Position numbers and translations under genes: made by a program | The notes under the pieces: model-generated | Told to the model about the DNA's origin: nothing | The model's input: only the letters and a program-made list of their open reading frames with translations | Databases searched by the model: none | Part shown: in pieces, positions 61,918-64,000 of the stretch | How positions within the stretch are numbered: position 1 is the stretch's first letter | How the letters are laid out: each line of letters begins with the position of its first letter | From: Psammoneis japonica | Taxonomy: Eukaryota | NCBI GenBank assembly: GCA_008632985.1 | Contig: QPGO01000135.1 | Span: forward strand, 62,001 to 126,000 | Direction of reading: 5' to 3' | Length of the DNA stretch: 64,000 bases

Positions 61918-62307
61918 GACGTGTTCCAGGTCCAGGTGGGACCTCGCACTGCTGAACTGTGACATCGACAGTTTTTTGAATCACGTCGCATGTTGCGCAC
62001 GCAGATTTCTACGAGATTTTTTTGACATTTTGTGTCATTTTGTGGCACACTCATTGAGCAATCCGTCCAACTGCTTTTGACATTTTTTGTTGCAGCGCGA
62101 TTCTACAATGTCTTAAGAATCATGTGGGGCAGGCACTTTTGCAAAAACATCGAGTGGCAAGAGGCACAATTGTGCCACAAACTTGGCCGTTTGTTTGATG
62201 TTGAAGACAAATGTGTCCACTGATTAAATTCTCGCACTGCGGAGCTCACAAGCAGAATTCCACGGGCCCAATCTCACACGGAGTCCCACCCAGGGCTGGA
62301 AGGTGCC
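61918..62307. mobile_element. MITE
   Basis: TIR family; TSD GGAT/AGAT. Confidence 0.85.
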
Positions 62308-62486
62308 AGATGAGCACTTGGCTGAAGACAGGTTGCAACTTCTTGATTCAGCAGATGAGCATCTCACTCACTCTGCTCATCTGATGCAAAATTGGTTGGC
62401 TGCAGTGAAGCCCATGTTCAAGTCCAGCTTGTGGGAAGCCAAACGGCTGGCCATGAGAAGCACGTGTTCTGTTGCCAGCTGCTTTG

Positions 62487-62836
62487 GTTTGCAGAATTCT
62501 GCGTGCGAGCTCCGCAGCACAAGAGTTTGATTGATGGACACATTTGTCTTCAACATCAAATGAACGGCCAAGTTTGTGGTGCAATTGAACCTCTTGCCAC
62601 TCAACGTTTTTGCAAATGCGCCTGCCCCATGCGATTCTCAAGACATTGTAGAATCGTGCTGCAACAAAAAATGTCAAAAGTTTTTGGACAGATCACTCAA
62701 CAAGTGTGCCGTTAAATGACACAAAATGTCGAAAAAATCACGTGGAAATCTGTGTGCGCGTCATGCGACGTGATTCAAAAAACCGTTGATGTCACAGTTC
62801 AGCAGTGCGAGGTCCCACCCAGACCTGGAACGCATC
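62487..62836. mobile_element. MITE truncated at one end
   Basis: Right TIR ctggaacgcatc followed by AGCA; same junction as 40143. Confidence 0.8.
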
Positions 62837-62876
62837 AGCAGTTCAAAAACACCACCCTTGAAGCCAGCAATGACTC

Positions 62877-63323
62877 TGCAGCATGCATGCAGACAAAAGG
62901 TTATTTTTGTCACGCCCTTTGTGACATTTAAAGGCTGCAACACGTCGCTGTGATGCATTGACTCTCATCAGTGGCTGCATGTTGCACTCCTCCCCATGTG
63001 TCACGCGTCCATGCGGCTCTTTGCCAACGTGTGCTGACACTGCACAGTTTTGGCAGAACAGTGTGGGCACGTGCAAAGGAACACACAGAACTGCACAGAG
63101 TTTCATGCGTTCGACAGTGATCAACGTTGCTGCAGACAACTCCCACTCAGGGTTTCGAACCCCTGGCCTCCTGCCCAATGGTTGCGATGAACCACTCCAC
63201 TGTGAATTCACAATGCAGCATGCATGCAGACAAAAGGTCATTTTTGTCACACCCTTTGTGACATTTAAAGGCTGCAACACTTCGCCGTGATACATTGACT
63301 CTTGTTGGCAGCTGCACTTTGCA
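62877..63323 (-). mobile_element. TRIM with internal tRNA-like sequence (inverted)
   Basis: Reverse complement of 58956-59403; TSD ACTC. Confidence 0.92.
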
Positions 63324-63469
63324 ACTCCTCTGTTGTTTCAGACCTGGCGGCTCCTCTCTGAAGTGTCTTCGTTGCTTTGCTTCACTCTCCATCTGCATCT
63401 TTCACAGTGCACTTCATTTCTGCATTTTGTTTCTCTTTCAGTTTTGCAAACATTCGCCAAAGTTTGCTT

Positions 63470-63859
63470 GACGCGTTCCAGGTCTAGGTGGGACCTCGCA
63501 CTGCTGAACTGTGACATCGACAGTTTTTTGAATCACGTCGCATGTCGCGCATGCAGATTTCTGTGTGATTTTTTCAACATTTTGTGTCATTTTACGGTGC
63601 ACTTGTTGAGCAATCCATCCAAAAACTTTTGACATTTGTTGTCACAGCGCGATTCTACAATGTCTTAAGAATCGCGCAGGGCAGGTGCATTTGCAAAAAC
63701 GTCGAGTGGCAAGAGGCACAATTGCACCACAAACTTGGCCGTTTGTTTGATGTTGAAGACAAATGTGTCCATCAATTAAATTCTCGTGCTACGGAGCTCG
63801 CACGCAGAATTCTGCGGGCCCAATGTCACACGGAGTCCCACCTGGGGCTGGAATGCGTC
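63470..63859. mobile_element. MITE, followed by part of another copy running to the window end
   Basis: gacgcgttccag...ctggaatgcgtc; TSD not clean. Confidence 0.85.
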
Positions 63860-64000
63860 GGTTTTTTGAATCGCGTCGCATGTCGCGCATGTGCATTTCT
63901 ACGTGATTTTGGTGAAATTTTGCATCATTTTATGGTGCAATTATCAGGCGATCCATTCAACAACTTTTAATGGTTTTTTCTTCCACGCCATTCTCGAGTG

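Larger units (their letters stand above)
57520..62490 (+). pseudogene. Second copy of RNase H-type LINE ORF2, broken by MITEs and a TRIM
   Basis: Colinear with 32230-38380; VGSDGSV, GTFGW, HCDNSSLV, WVKGHQDD, LNVRADELA RNase H motifs. Confidence 0.8.

Noticed and set aside
1..64000. Hundreds of Cys/His-rich ORFs as real genes or metal-binding proteins
   Set aside because: They overlap in all frames, lie in repeats and follow from loss of TAA/TAG plus TG/CA enrichment; none has a coherent non-TE domain.

Overview
This is a eukaryotic transposon graveyard with no recognisable host gene. The CoDi-like copia, RNase H-bearing LINE and PIF/Harbinger content suggests a diatom or other stramenopile (inference). 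It holds two LTR-to-LTR Ty1/copia elements (1510-8721 on -, 47019-53795 on +), two fragmented copies of a related copia lying in segmental duplicates (10174-20385 and 40719-54600), a Ty3/gypsy element (24450-29724, -), a non-autonomous gypsy derivative and a solo LTR, a two-gene PIF/Harbinger transposon (12563-15508), pieces of an RNase H-containing LINE, about a dozen ~390-bp MITEs with 4-bp TSDs, and a ~447-bp TRIM with an internal tRNA-like Pol III promoter. The main signal is a hypermutation across all repeat classes: TpA has been converted to TpG or CpA (A>G on either strand), the opposite polarity to fungal RIP. Conserved Tyr codons became Cys or His (RT YxDD reads CVDD and HLDD), most TAA/TAG stops are gone, a TSD split into AGCCA and AGCTG after integration, and DNA transposons are hit as well. 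A few islands and certain sequence contexts are spared. This looks like a post-integration, DNA-level repeat-mutating system that I do not recognise as described. All counts and alignments were done by eye.
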